DNA of 64,000 nt from a virus, in IMG/VR virus record IMGVR_UViG_2922401287_000007. The stretch is one strand, 5' to 3'. Of this stretch, positions 49,762 through 58,897 are shown piece by piece (the first letter of the stretch is position 1; every line of letters starts with the position of its first letter). The translations under genes and the position numbers were made by a program. The notes below the pieces were generated by a model. The model was given only the letters and a program-made list of their open reading frames with translations, did no database searches and was not told the origin of the DNA.

Positions 49762-49996
49762 CTATTGATAGGCCCAAAAGTGCGGCAGGCCACCGCCCAG
49801 GCCCAGCACGCCAGCGAGCCACGTCACGATGGCGATGATGCACAGCAGGCCAACGATGATCTGCGCCCATTTGTAGACCATCGGATCGATGCTCCAGCCG
49901 AGGAAGCCGGTGATCAGCCAGCGCATCGCATAGGCGATCACGATGATGATCGCGAGATAGAGCAGCAGGTCCAGAAACGAGATCAGGGATCGACAT
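49762..49996 (-). pseudogene. Small two-TM membrane protein (holin candidate) with +1 shift just after the start
   Basis: GGAGG RBS and ATG at 49996; removing one C at ~49987 gives MSILISFLDLLLYLAIII... Confidence 0.5.
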
Positions 49997-50110
49997 GCCG
50001 CGCCTCCACAAAAAACCGGCCTCAGTGTGAAGCCGGTGAAAGCAATGTTGTGTAGCGTCTGGACACAGGGGCGAGTCACACTTCGAGCCGCACCTGCGCG
50101 CGTGAAGAGA

Positions 50111-50716
50111 TCACTCTGGAACTGGAAAATCAATTCCCGGCAGCGGCGGGAAGATGTGATGTGGACCTGTCTGGACCTCATTGGTCAAAATCTGTCGAAA
50201 AATATTTTGTCGCAGGCGGGCTCGGGCCTCGGCATAGGACATGCCGCGCCCTTGCTGCTTGGCTTCCAGCCGCCACGCGCGATAGGCCGAATTGAACCAC
50301 GCCAGCTCGCCTGCGGCTTGCGCCTGCGCGATCCGCTGCTCGATGTATGCGACCGCCGTGCGCGCCCGCGCGAGCACGGTGTCGTGCTCGGTAAGCGCAA
50401 TGCCCATATGCGCGGCGACGTTCTCGACCTTGCGCTGCGCGGTCCTGGCGGTGGCTACCAGCAGGCCATCGTCGCCTCGCGAAAGGCTGGCGTTGACCTC
50501 GCGGCAGATCAGCCTCGCGTCGGTTTTATCCTTCACCCAGTACGCGCAGGTGATCTGCAATGCGGGCCATCTGCGGCGCAAGGCCAGCAGGCTGTGCAGC
50601 AGATCGCGCGAGCATGAGACGAAAGCACCTGCAGGCAGCGCGGCAACATAGATCGCGACCACACCGTAGATCGCCAGATATTCCCGCACAGCTCCTCTCG
50701 GCAGCATCAGTGCCAT
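50111..50716 (-). CDS. Phage hypothetical protein
   Basis: 201-aa ORF with GAGG RBS. Confidence 0.6.
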   Translation of the reverse strand: MALMLPRGAVREYLAIYGVVAIYVAALPAGAFVSCSRDLLHSLLALRRRWPALQITCAYWVKDKTDARLICREVNASLSRGDDGLLVATARTAQRKVENVAAHMGIALTEHDTVLARARTAVAYIEQRIAQAQAAGELAWFNSAYRAWRLEAKQQGRGMSYAEARARLRQNIFRQILTNEVQTGPHHIFPPLPGIDFPVPE

Positions 50717-50731
50717 CGGGTGCCTCGATCT

Positions 50732-50747
50732 TATGCGGTTTGTGACA
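50732..50747. promoter_or_regulatory. TATGCG-N4-GTGACA motif, copy 3
   Basis: Identical over 17 nt to copy 2; degenerate copy TGTGCACAATGTGACA at 50791-50806. Confidence 0.55.
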
Positions 50748-50862
50748 GAACAGCGCAGATCAAAAATATTTCATCGGGAAAAAACGGCAATGTGCACAAT
50801 GTGACACCGATCACGTTCACGCATCTGAGAAATCGCCCCAATCCGCTCATCTAAGAAATTCT

Positions 50863-51861
50863 GTGATGACGACGCTTGAGTTCGGGGTGGAATTGTTGAG
50901 TTCGGGTGGAATTGTCAGGGTTCAGCAGCAACTTGAGTTTGCCGACTTCGAAGTGCTGCGCAACGCCGTGCAAGATGCGCCAACACCAATGGACATCGTG
51001 CAGCTTGGGCAAGGCGAGATGGCCGGGACGCTGGCTCACCTGTCGGTTGGCTCGGTCGGCATCTCGACTGGCTCCTTCACGCGCGGCGTGCGCCAGCGCG
51101 GCGTTCTCAGCACGAACCGATGGACTTTCGGCATGCTGCTCGGCAGCTCGGCCTTGCTGCAGCATTTCGAGGCGACACCGGGCGATCTCATTGTGATCGC
51201 GCCCGACCAGGAACTCTATTCGCGCTTCATAAACGGCAACCATTATGCAACGACGCTCGTCGCGCCGGACGAGCTGTTCGCGTTTCTCGCCACCCAACCC
51301 GGTGCGCAGGATGTCACGGCGTGGCACCAGCCGACTACGATGCTGGCCAGTGATCGGGCGACGGTTGCTGCCAACGTCAAACAGATGTCGATGATATTGG
51401 CTGCTCTCACTGAACATGGGCCGAAGCTGTCGGTTGACGCCGCCGACTTTTTCAAGCGCAACATTCTGGAGCTGGTGACCGCGCCCGTGCGCGACACCGT
51501 CCGCTATAGGGGTGCGCGGGTGCTCGCGGCAGCAAAGCTGGTGCGGGAGGTGGACCGCTACATGATTGATGCAGGCTCCAGACCCATCCACATTTCCGAA
51601 CTTTGCGCGCACTTTAGCGTGGGCCGTCGAACGCTGCATCGAGCTTTCAACGAGGTGGTTGGCATCTCGCCGATTGCTTTCATGCGCCGCAAGCGGCTCG
51701 GTGACGTGCACACTGTGCTGCTGACGGGCGGGCCTGACGCGACGATCAAGGATGTTGCAATCGAGCATGGCTTTATCGAACTCGGCAGATTTGCTGGCGC
51801 TTATCGACGGTTGTTCGGCGAGTTGCCGTCGCAGACCTTGCGGCGTGCTCAACACCGCTGA
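50863..51861 (+). CDS. AraC-family transcriptional regulator (moron)
   Basis: ISELCAHFSVGRRTLHRAF and FIELGRFAGAYRRLFGELPSQTL. Confidence 0.92.
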   Translation: MMTTLEFGVELLSSGGIVRVQQQLEFADFEVLRNAVQDAPTPMDIVQLGQGEMAGTLAHLSVGSVGISTGSFTRGVRQRGVLSTNRWTFGMLLGSSALLQHFEATPGDLIVIAPDQELYSRFINGNHYATTLVAPDELFAFLATQPGAQDVTAWHQPTTMLASDRATVAANVKQMSMILAALTEHGPKLSVDAADFFKRNILELVTAPVRDTVRYRGARVLAAAKLVREVDRYMIDAGSRPIHISELCAHFSVGRRTLHRAFNEVVGISPIAFMRRKRLGDVHTVLLTGGPDATIKDVAIEHGFIELGRFAGAYRRLFGELPSQTLRRAQHR

Positions 51862-52064
51862 TACTCCCGCTTCATTTCGTAGACGACCGACACCTGCCAG
51901 CCCTTGAGCTGGCAATGCTCGCGGACCCTGCTGCGCGTCCACCTGCCGCGCTTCATGAAGTGCAGGATCGGCGCAGCCTCGACCACGATGTCATCCCAGA
52001 GCACGAGGCCAGCGACGAACCGCCTCGGCTTCGGTGCTCTGATCTGGGCGAGGATTTCGATCAT
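51849..52064 (-). CDS. Phage hypothetical protein
   Basis: FVAGLVLWDDIVVEAAPILHFM. Confidence 0.55.
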   Translation of the reverse strand: MIEILAQIRAPKPRRFVAGLVLWDDIVVEAAPILHFMKRGRWTRSRVREHCQLKGWQVSVVYEMKREYQRC

Positions 52065-52076
52065 GCGCGGGCCCCC

Positions 52077-52577
52077 TCAGAACACCGACACGCGGCAGCT
52101 GCGCAGGCCTCGCGCGATGATGTCGCAGCCCTGATCGTGGCGCTCGCGCCATGTGTCGGCATAGCCGCCGCGCTTGGCTGCGATCCATCCGCTGTCGCGG
52201 TCCAGCGAGTGCGCCAGCGCCACCGCGTTGACAGCGCGCAGGAGATGCGCCAGCTGCGCGAGGTACTCGGCGGGCCAGCAGATCGCGGCTTCCATGCGCT
52301 GCACCTCGCGGCTTGAAGGTAGCAGCCGGATTCGGTTCTGCAGCGCCTGCGTCCGCTCCAGCTCGCCCTGCGCCTGCTGCGCCAGCAGGTCGTCCCACTC
52401 GTAGCAGTAGGCTGGCCACGCCGCCGATCCGCCGCCGCCCATCGGCAGCATCGCCAAGGTCCGCATCGCGTCGCACAGTCGGCGGCCGACATGCGGGCCG
52501 TTCCATCGCGGCGGAACCTCGTCCAGCAGCTCGGGCTGGAACTCATCTTCGTTGATCCTGATCGCTGCTTGCTGCAT
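52077..52577 (-). CDS. Phage hypothetical protein (possible late regulator)
   Basis: GAGGAG RBS; VGRRLCDAMRTL. Confidence 0.55.
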   Translation of the reverse strand: MQQAAIRINEDEFQPELLDEVPPRWNGPHVGRRLCDAMRTLAMLPMGGGGSAAWPAYCYEWDDLLAQQAQGELERTQALQNRIRLLPSSREVQRMEAAICWPAEYLAQLAHLLRAVNAVALAHSLDRDSGWIAAKRGGYADTWRERHDQGCDIIARGLRSCRVSVF

Positions 52578-52599
52578 CTCGTCCTCCTCGGTTCCATCC

Positions 52600-52750
52600 G
52601 CTCCAGTCGCCGGGGCGCACTTGGGGCTCCACTGCTCCAGTCGCGTAGCTAGTCAGCTCACCCCTTTAGGGGTGAGTGACTGGAGCACTGGAGCAAGTGC
52701 GCTGCTCCAGTGGTTGCTCCAGTCGTGCTCCAGTCGCATTGACTGGAGCA
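52600..52750. repeat. Iteron cluster, candidate replication origin
   Basis: Eight GCTCCAGT/ACTGGAGC copies in both orientations plus hairpin CTCACCCC-TTTA-GGGGTGAG. Confidence 0.7.
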
Positions 52751-52753
52751 AAG

Positions 52754-54013
52754 TCACGGTTCCACATCAGAAACCTCCACGAATTTTCGGCTGCGCCGCT
52801 GCTCGTCCAGGCGCTCGACTACCGTCAGGGAACCGGACGAAACCCACACCTTGAGCAGGCCGATGATCTTGGCGCGGTCGGTCTTGTCGGCGGTGCTGAG
52901 ATCGAGCGCCTTTGCGACAGCGACGCCGACCCAATCGGTCGAGCGCGGGTTCTCGCGCCACGTCCCGCCACGGATCACGATGGCGACCTGATCGAAGTCG
53001 CTGCCGGTCACGCCGGTGAGCGGATCGGGCCATTCCCAATGCGTGACGACGCCGACGCTGTCGCCGCCCGCGGGGCCGTTCTCCAGCCAGACGCTTGCGA
53101 GCCTGAACCAGTCCGAAGCGACCACGGGCGGCGCAAGATTCGCCTTGTCGTTGAAAGCGCGGAAGAACAGCCGATGATTCTCGACACCAGCCTTCGCGCC
53201 GTCCTCCTCGCTCATCTGGTTGAGCGCCCGCGCCACGCGCGCCGCATCGGTGAGCGCCTTGGCTCCCCGGCTCGAATCGGTCGTCACCTCGGTGCCCGCT
53301 GGAGCCTTGCGGGTATGATGCACGAGATGGATGGCGCAGTTGGCCACCTCGGCGACCCGGCTCCATTCCTTCGCGATCATGTCGATGGCTGAATTGTCGT
53401 TCTCGGAAACCTCATGGCAGCTGACGAACGGATCGACCTCCAGCACATCGATGCCGTGCTCCCTGAGCTGCTGCACGAGGTTCTCGATCACGGGCCGCAG
53501 GATGATCGTGCCGCCGCGAATCTCCTTGGCGATCACCAGCGCATGATCGCGGCCCGAATTGACGAACAGCCGGTCGCTGATGTCATCCACCGTCAGATGA
53601 TAATGCTTCGCCGCCGCCTGTATCTTGCGCGTGGTTTCCTCCTGCGGGTCTTCGAGATTCCACAGCCAGACCTTGAGCCTGCGCACCGGCAGCACGCCGA
53701 GCAGATCGCGGCCAGAGACCATCGCCAAGGCTTCTGCAGCGATCAGGGATGACTTGCCGATGCCGCCTGGCGCAATGGTCACGGTGAGAAATCGCCGCAC
53801 CAGCAGCCTTCCGTAGAGCCATTCGCGCAGCGGGATGTTCGCAGGATCAGTCCAGATGTACGGCGCCGCAATGATGACGACGCGCTGCTGCTCGCCTTCC
53901 TCGGCGCGACCGCGCTTGCGGCGCGCATCATCGAACGGCACGATGATGTCCGCTGGCGAGAGCGTCTTGTGATCCTCATCCTCAAAGTCTGGCACAGCGA
54001 GCGCTCCAGACAT
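52754..54013 (-). CDS. AAA_25/RepA-like helicase
   Basis: APGGIGKS, LEVDPF and VHHTRK motifs. Confidence 0.85.
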   Translation of the reverse strand: MSGALAVPDFEDEDHKTLSPADIIVPFDDARRKRGRAEEGEQQRVVIIAAPYIWTDPANIPLREWLYGRLLVRRFLTVTIAPGGIGKSSLIAAEALAMVSGRDLLGVLPVRRLKVWLWNLEDPQEETTRKIQAAAKHYHLTVDDISDRLFVNSGRDHALVIAKEIRGGTIILRPVIENLVQQLREHGIDVLEVDPFVSCHEVSENDNSAIDMIAKEWSRVAEVANCAIHLVHHTRKAPAGTEVTTDSSRGAKALTDAARVARALNQMSEEDGAKAGVENHRLFFRAFNDKANLAPPVVASDWFRLASVWLENGPAGGDSVGVVTHWEWPDPLTGVTGSDFDQVAIVIRGGTWRENPRSTDWVGVAVAKALDLSTADKTDRAKIIGLLKVWVSSGSLTVVERLDEQRRSRKFVEVSDVEP

Positions 54014-54884
54014 CGGCTTCGTCCCAGCCCTCTCGCTTCGGTGTTTCGACTTCGACTTGCTTTCCGGCTTTCAGCCAGCGATCCATGCAAACGCCAGCGG
54101 CCTTGTGTCCGGGCCTGCACCAGATGCCGCCGATCTTCTGCAGCGGATCATGATCGGCCCAAATCACCAGCCGGTCGATGTCGCCGATCACCGGGAAGGT
54201 CTGGATCAGCGATGTCGAGCCAAGCGCCCATGTCGGCGCGTGATCCATCGCGATGCAGGCGAGCGCGGTCTCCAGCCCTTCGGCGATATGCAGCGTGCTG
54301 CCGATCTTCGGCTGCAGCTGCATCGCAGCGCCGCTGCAGGTGCCGAGCATCATGCCCTTGCCGATCTTGCGGCCTTGGCGATCCAGAAACAGCCGCTGAA
54401 CTGCGGTGACCGCGCGGCTTGAGATCGAGCGCATCGCGATCACCACCGCAGGATGCTCGCCACTTTCGCGCGGGCAAGCCGGATGAAACCGAATGTCCTC
54501 GATCTCCATCGCCACTGACCAGAGATCGCGGCTCTCGAAATAGCTTTGTGCGAGCGTGCCCCTGATCGGCTGCGCATCATCAAAAGCGCAGCGCGCCAGC
54601 ATGCGCATGCGATGCTCGCGCTGATCGCTAAGCGTTTCACGTGAAACTGGTTTTTGTTCTCGATGAGGTTCAGACATATCCGATGAAGACCAAAGCCCGC
54701 GCGAGCGAAGCACAACAATTATGTCTACGGGTTCGCAGCCCGCCAAGCATCGGACCTGCACGCTCTCGTGGCCATCGAAGATGATCATGCTCGGGTTGCG
54801 ATCCTCATGCGCGACGCAGCGGCACTTCCATTGCCTGCCGGATCGCACGGCCCCGAGCGCCTGGGCAAGCTGTTCAGCTGTCAT
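53982..54884 (-). CDS. Primase (Zn-finger plus Toprim)
   Basis: CRCVAHEDRNPS, IAEGLETA and IWADHD motifs. Confidence 0.85.
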   Translation of the reverse strand: MTAEQLAQALGAVRSGRQWKCRCVAHEDRNPSMIIFDGHESVQVRCLAGCEPVDIIVVLRSRGLWSSSDMSEPHREQKPVSRETLSDQREHRMRMLARCAFDDAQPIRGTLAQSYFESRDLWSVAMEIEDIRFHPACPRESGEHPAVVIAMRSISSRAVTAVQRLFLDRQGRKIGKGMMLGTCSGAAMQLQPKIGSTLHIAEGLETALACIAMDHAPTWALGSTSLIQTFPVIGDIDRLVIWADHDPLQKIGGIWCRPGHKAAGVCMDRWLKAGKQVEVETPKREGWDEADVWSARCARL

Positions 54885-55651
54885 GGCTCACCCTCCAATT
54901 GCTTGCATGGCAGCGCGGATGAAAGCGCTCGCTGGTCGGTGATCAATGGCGTTACCGAGGGCGCGCAGCTTATCCGCGCGGGCGGGAATCCCATCAGCCA
55001 CGAGACGAAGTCCGGATTTAACGCGCCGCACTTTCCCGTCGATGCGACAGTGCGCGAGATCGAACTGATCACTCCCGAATTGAACACTTGCCGGGGCAAT
55101 TGATCGAGCCGCTTGCGATTCCGCTCGCGCTTGATCGACATGCCCGGTGTATCCTTCCAGTCTCTGCTCGATGCCGTTGACCAGAAGGCCCACGAACCAG
55201 TATCGGTCGCGCAGCTGCTCCGCACCCGCGCATGCGGCCTCGACAGGGAGCGCCCCCACGGCGTAACCCAGCGCTTCCAGATCACCTCGCACAAGTCGGA
55301 GCCAGCGAGGAGCGGTCGCAAGTTGTTCGCCAAAGACCGTTGCAGGTCGTCGCTCGCCGATGAGCCGAGCCCAAGTCGGCCAAAGGTGCCGTGGGTCTGC
55401 ATATCCAGCCTGCTTGCCGATGAGCGAGAACGGCTGGCAGGGGCAACTTCCTGTCCAAACAGGTCGAGCGTCAGGCCATCGCGCTCCTCACAGGGCGAGC
55501 GACCATCCGCCGATGCCTGCGAAGAAATGGCATTGGTCGAATCCGGCAAGGTCGGCAGGTCGAACATCGACAATTGATCGTGTATCGACTTCGCCGTCGG
55601 CGATGAGCCGTTCGTTGATGAGATTGCGCAGCCATCCTGCGGCATAGGCAT
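54881..55651 (-). CDS. Overlapping-frame subunit of C5-MTase (motif IX-like)
   Basis: Open 256 aa overlapping the MTase; LNPDFVSWLMGFP. Confidence 0.65.
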   Translation of the reverse strand: MPMPQDGCAISSTNGSSPTAKSIHDQLSMFDLPTLPDSTNAISSQASADGRSPCEERDGLTLDLFGQEVAPASRSRSSASRLDMQTHGTFGRLGLGSSASDDLQRSLANNLRPLLAGSDLCEVIWKRWVTPWGRSLSRPHARVRSSCATDTGSWAFWSTASSRDWKDTPGMSIKRERNRKRLDQLPRQVFNSGVISSISRTVASTGKCGALNPDFVSWLMGFPPARISCAPSVTPLITDQRALSSALPCKQLEGEP

Positions 55652-55676
55652 CGATCTCGTTGTAGTAAGCAGTCAC
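54888..55676 (-). pseudogene. C5 cytosine methyltransferase main subunit with one in-frame TGA at 55488-55490
   Basis: HFFAGIGGW, then stop, then GSCPCQPFS, FGEQ, RDRYW and LRALGNAI. Confidence 0.85.
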
Positions 55677-55855
55677 ACCAGCCGTTCCTGCGCGACCTGC
55701 TTGCGATAGTCCTCGGCAATGGCGTCCATCAGCTCCAGCTCGCGATTCGCCAGCGCTTGCGCGATCTTGCCGCGCTCGACCAGCCGCAGATAAATTCGGC
55801 GGCGATATTTCAGCTCGCGTTCGGCGCATTGCAGCTTGTCGTGGGCAGTGATCAT
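55673..55855 (-). CDS. Small hypothetical protein
   Basis: KLQCAERELKYRRRIY; coupled overlaps. Confidence 0.6.
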   Translation of the reverse strand: MITAHDKLQCAERELKYRRRIYLRLVERGKIAQALANRELELMDAIAEDYRKQVAQERLV

Positions 55856-56163
55856 GCGTCGCCCTCCAGCTGATCGACGACCGCGCCGACGACCGATGTC
55901 GACGCGCCTTGCTATCGCGCGTGATCGCGCTCCTGATGTTGGCCAGCTCGGCCCCGTACTGCAGTGCCAAGGCTGAGCAGCACAGCGCCGTCGCGCGCTA
56001 TCGCTTCGACTTGCTCGCCGGATTTGCCGCCGTTGATGAAGACCTCACCAAGCGCGCCGTCATCGTAGAAGCCGAGCGTGATGGTGTGGCTCTTGGCGAG
56101 ACCGCCGAAGCTGATCTCGAAAGTCTCGCAGCTACGGCGCTGCGGCAGGATGCGGCGCTGCAT
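55852..56163 (-). pseudogene. TSCPD/NrdJ C-terminal-like protein with two apparent frameshifts
   Basis: LPQRRSCETF and GALGEVFI; LLSL/ALQYG shift at ~55966, second shift at ~55907. Confidence 0.55.
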
Positions 56164-56626
56164 GCGGCCCTCCCTTCTTGCGGACCACGCGACCGTATCG
56201 CTCCAGTGCATCGGCATGGGCCAGCTTGGCCAATGCCTCGCTGCGAAGGCGGGAGACATTGAAGGCGATATCGGCAGCAGACAGCTCTTCGAGCCTCACA
56301 TAGACAGGCTCTTCATTTTTTCCCGCGGTACGCACTTTCGGGTAACGCCACTGCAGGTCTGGAAACAGCGCATGCTGACGTGATCCCTCATCGTCGTCGT
56401 CGCTCGCCTTGCCGCCGTCCTCGAAAAGATCGCGCAACACTGAGCGGGCAATCTGGCGCAGCTCCAGATGGCAACCCAGCTGCACAAGCATCGGCGCTAC
56501 TTTCTTCGGATCAAGTTCAAGCATCGCCTCGGTCGCAACCCAGCTCGGGCTGATGCTAGTCTCGCTGCGGCGTTGGTCGATGATGCGGACGATAATGTTG
56601 ATCAGTACTTGCGCCTCAGGTGCCAT
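56132..56626 (-). CDS. Phage hypothetical protein
   Basis: 164-aa ORF in the operon. Confidence 0.6.
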   Translation of the reverse strand: MAPEAQVLINIIVRIIDQRRSETSISPSWVATEAMLELDPKKVAPMLVQLGCHLELRQIARSVLRDLFEDGGKASDDDDEGSRQHALFPDLQWRYPKVRTAGKNEEPVYVRLEELSAADIAFNVSRLRSEALAKLAHADALERYGRVVRKKGGPHAAPHPAAAP

Positions 56627-57218
56627 CGGTTGCTCCTATTCGTTTGAGCCACGCAGCGACGCGCGGCGCGAGGGTGTGAACATCGTCCAGCATGTCGGGC
56701 GTCATGGTTTCGAGAATGTCTTCCGGATGGCGGTGCAGCAGCCCATCGTCGCGGGCGAAATCCATCAGCCGACCCCATAACCACAGCGCTTCCTTGGCGA
56801 CTGGCGTGATCTTCGGCGGCTCGGTGGCGCGGATGATGCCGTTGGTGGTCGGCATCTGCGTCTGATCGGTCAGCGCAGCCTCGAATTGCTTCTCGGGAAT
56901 CGCCGCCAGCTTTTGCCAGTTGGCGGACTGCTTGTGGGTGATGCCGTTGGCTTTCAAAGAACTGCTGCCCTCGGGGTAGCGGTTCTTTTTGCTGGGCTGG
57001 CCGCCCTTCGCCTTCGGCAGCTTGCGCAGCAACTCGCCAGCTTTGCGCTCGGCGCGCAGGCGTATTTCGCAGGCCTGTCGCTCAGCCTCGGTGTTGTGCG
57101 CCTGGCGCGAATAGTGCTCTAGCGCCACCGCCCTGTCGCGGATCGCTTTGACTTCATCGACCTTGTAAGCGGCACCGATTGCGCGGCACATCGCATCGTA
57201 TTTCGCCAACTGCGTCAT
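56616..57218 (-). CDS. Phage hypothetical protein
   Basis: YDAMCRAI...EIRLRAERKAGELL. Confidence 0.65.
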   Translation of the reverse strand: MTQLAKYDAMCRAIGAAYKVDEVKAIRDRAVALEHYSRQAHNTEAERQACEIRLRAERKAGELLRKLPKAKGGQPSKKNRYPEGSSSLKANGITHKQSANWQKLAAIPEKQFEAALTDQTQMPTTNGIIRATEPPKITPVAKEALWLWGRLMDFARDDGLLHRHPEDILETMTPDMLDDVHTLAPRVAAWLKRIGATDGT

Positions 57219-57799
57219 GCTCGCCCCTCCCACGAAATGCGCGAGAGCAGCGTCGGCCCTCGATGGCGGCGATCCCAGACGATCCAGCAGAAGGCCATCG
57301 CGCTCACGGCGCGGCGGCCCTTCCAGCCAGCCCGATGCATCATCGGCAGGCGCTGGCGGAAGACGTAGACTCGCGCGGGCGGCTGCTCATCGAGACAGAA
57401 CATCCGTGCTCGGCCAGCTGCGTGGCAGGGATGGCCAGCCTCAAGGAAGCCGAGCCGCATCAGCATAGCGACGTAAGGGCTCAGCTCGATGGCATGCGCG
57501 GCGAAGCGCGCTGCGATCTGGAATGGCGGATTCGTCACGATGCCGCGCGTCAGCTTCGGCATGCGCTCGCTGATCAGGAAGTCGCGGCCTCGCGCGATGT
57601 CGCTGGTCGCTACGCGATGGCCAGCTCGGCGCAGCACGCGGCTGATCGCACCGTTGCCGTCTGCGGGCTCCCAGATGCGGCGCGGCAATTTCTCGACGCT
57701 CAGCAGGGCATAAACGGCAACCGATGGGGTCTCATAGAGATCGCGCCCGCGCACAGCGCGCGGATGCGCCTTCGATTGCGTCGAGAGCGCCACCATCAC
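57215..57799 (-). CDS. Putative amino-methyltransferase (NPPF type)
   Basis: DLYETP, IWEPADGNGAI and IVTNPPF motifs. Confidence 0.75.
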   Translation of the reverse strand: MMVALSTQSKAHPRAVRGRDLYETPSVAVYALLSVEKLPRRIWEPADGNGAISRVLRRAGHRVATSDIARGRDFLISERMPKLTRGIVTNPPFQIAARFAAHAIELSPYVAMLMRLGFLEAGHPCHAAGRARMFCLDEQPPARVYVFRQRLPMMHRAGWKGRRAVSAMAFCWIVWDRRHRGPTLLSRISWEGRA

Positions 57800-58245
57800 T
57801 GCACCTCGAACCTCGAGCGCAAGATTCCGGCTTGCTTCAGGGTGGCGACGGCATCATCGAGCGAGCTGGTGACGAGCACCGCGAAGCCACAGGCGACGAG
57901 ATGCGCCAGCACTTCACTCTGATCTTCCGACACGCGCCCCGTCTTGAAGCGCTTCAGCTCCAGCCAGAACACGTGCGCGTTGGGGCCGACGAAAATAAAA
58001 TCCGGCCAGCCTGGCATCGCGCCCATGCGCTGCAGTCGCTGACCGCTCAGCGAGTATCGCCTGCCGGTGCGTGGATCAACGCGATGCTCGCGCGCTTCGC
58101 CGATCGGCAAGTGCGTGAACTTCCAATGCGGGTTAATCCAGCGCTTGCAGATGTCAGCGAGCGTAGCGTGCGTTGCGAACTCCAGCGGCGGCGGCGGCGC
58201 GATGCCTCGTTGCCTCTTGCCCTTGAACAGCGATAGTTGGCGCAT
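57796..58245 (-). CDS. VRR-NUC-like nuclease
   Basis: GWPDFIF...WLELKR...SEDQ. Confidence 0.8.
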   Translation of the reverse strand: MRQLSLFKGKRQRGIAPPPPLEFATHATLADICKRWINPHWKFTHLPIGEAREHRVDPRTGRRYSLSGQRLQRMGAMPGWPDFIFVGPNAHVFWLELKRFKTGRVSEDQSEVLAHLVACGFAVLVTSSLDDAVATLKQAGILRSRFEVQ

Positions 58246-58266
58246 GGCGGCTCCCTCCGCGCTTCA

Positions 58267-58518
58267 TCAAGCGGCCTGTTCGTTGTTGTTTTCCGTTGTG
58301 CCGTAGAAGCCCCAGAGCGAGATCGGCGCAAAGTAGCCTTCGTCCGCGAGCGCGGCGCGCATACAAAAATAATATTTGCTCGGGAAGAGTCCGCGATACC
58401 TGCGCCAATTGCAGACAGCGGCGCACGTCTGGCCGGTGATGCGACCGACAGCCACAGGGCCGCCGAGCGCATCGACAACATCGTTGAATGACCAGAGTGG
58501 TTGTAGAGGCCGCGTCAT
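58267..58518 (-). CDS. Cro-like HTH protein
   Basis: VVDALGGPVAVGRITG...AVCNWR; first gene of the leftward operon. Confidence 0.7.
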   Translation of the reverse strand: MTRPLQPLWSFNDVVDALGGPVAVGRITGQTCAAVCNWRRYRGLFPSKYYFCMRAALADEGYFAPISLWGFYGTTENNNEQAA

Positions 58519-58660
58519 GATGGCGGCATGCTGGGCTTCAAATTATATTTCAGTCAAATGCGCGAGCCGGTCTTCATTGGCCGCACGCGAGCGCAAGGCT
58601 GAGGCCAGATAAGTTCAGCTAGGTCCACATCAGCTCAGGTCGCCGCAAACTATTTTTTTG

Positions 58661-58676
58661 TATGCGAAAAGTGACA
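58661..58676. promoter_or_regulatory. TATGCG-N4-GTGACA motif, copy 4, in the divergent control region
   Basis: TATGCGAAAAGTGACA. Confidence 0.55.
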
Positions 58677-58897
58677 GCGCCGCGCTCGAAAAGAATCGCG
58701 GCTGCCTCTTGACGCTACACATTTTTCTGCGCGAAATCACAATGCGCTGAACCTCGCTGCACGTAGATACGGGACGCCGCAGCAGGTGGGAGGACAAAAA
58801 CTATAATCCAATCGCAGAGCAACAGCCTGCGGCGCACAACACGGAAGCCATCCGGCTTATAGCGTACCTCAACCTGCACTTGCGGGGAGGCGTCCCT

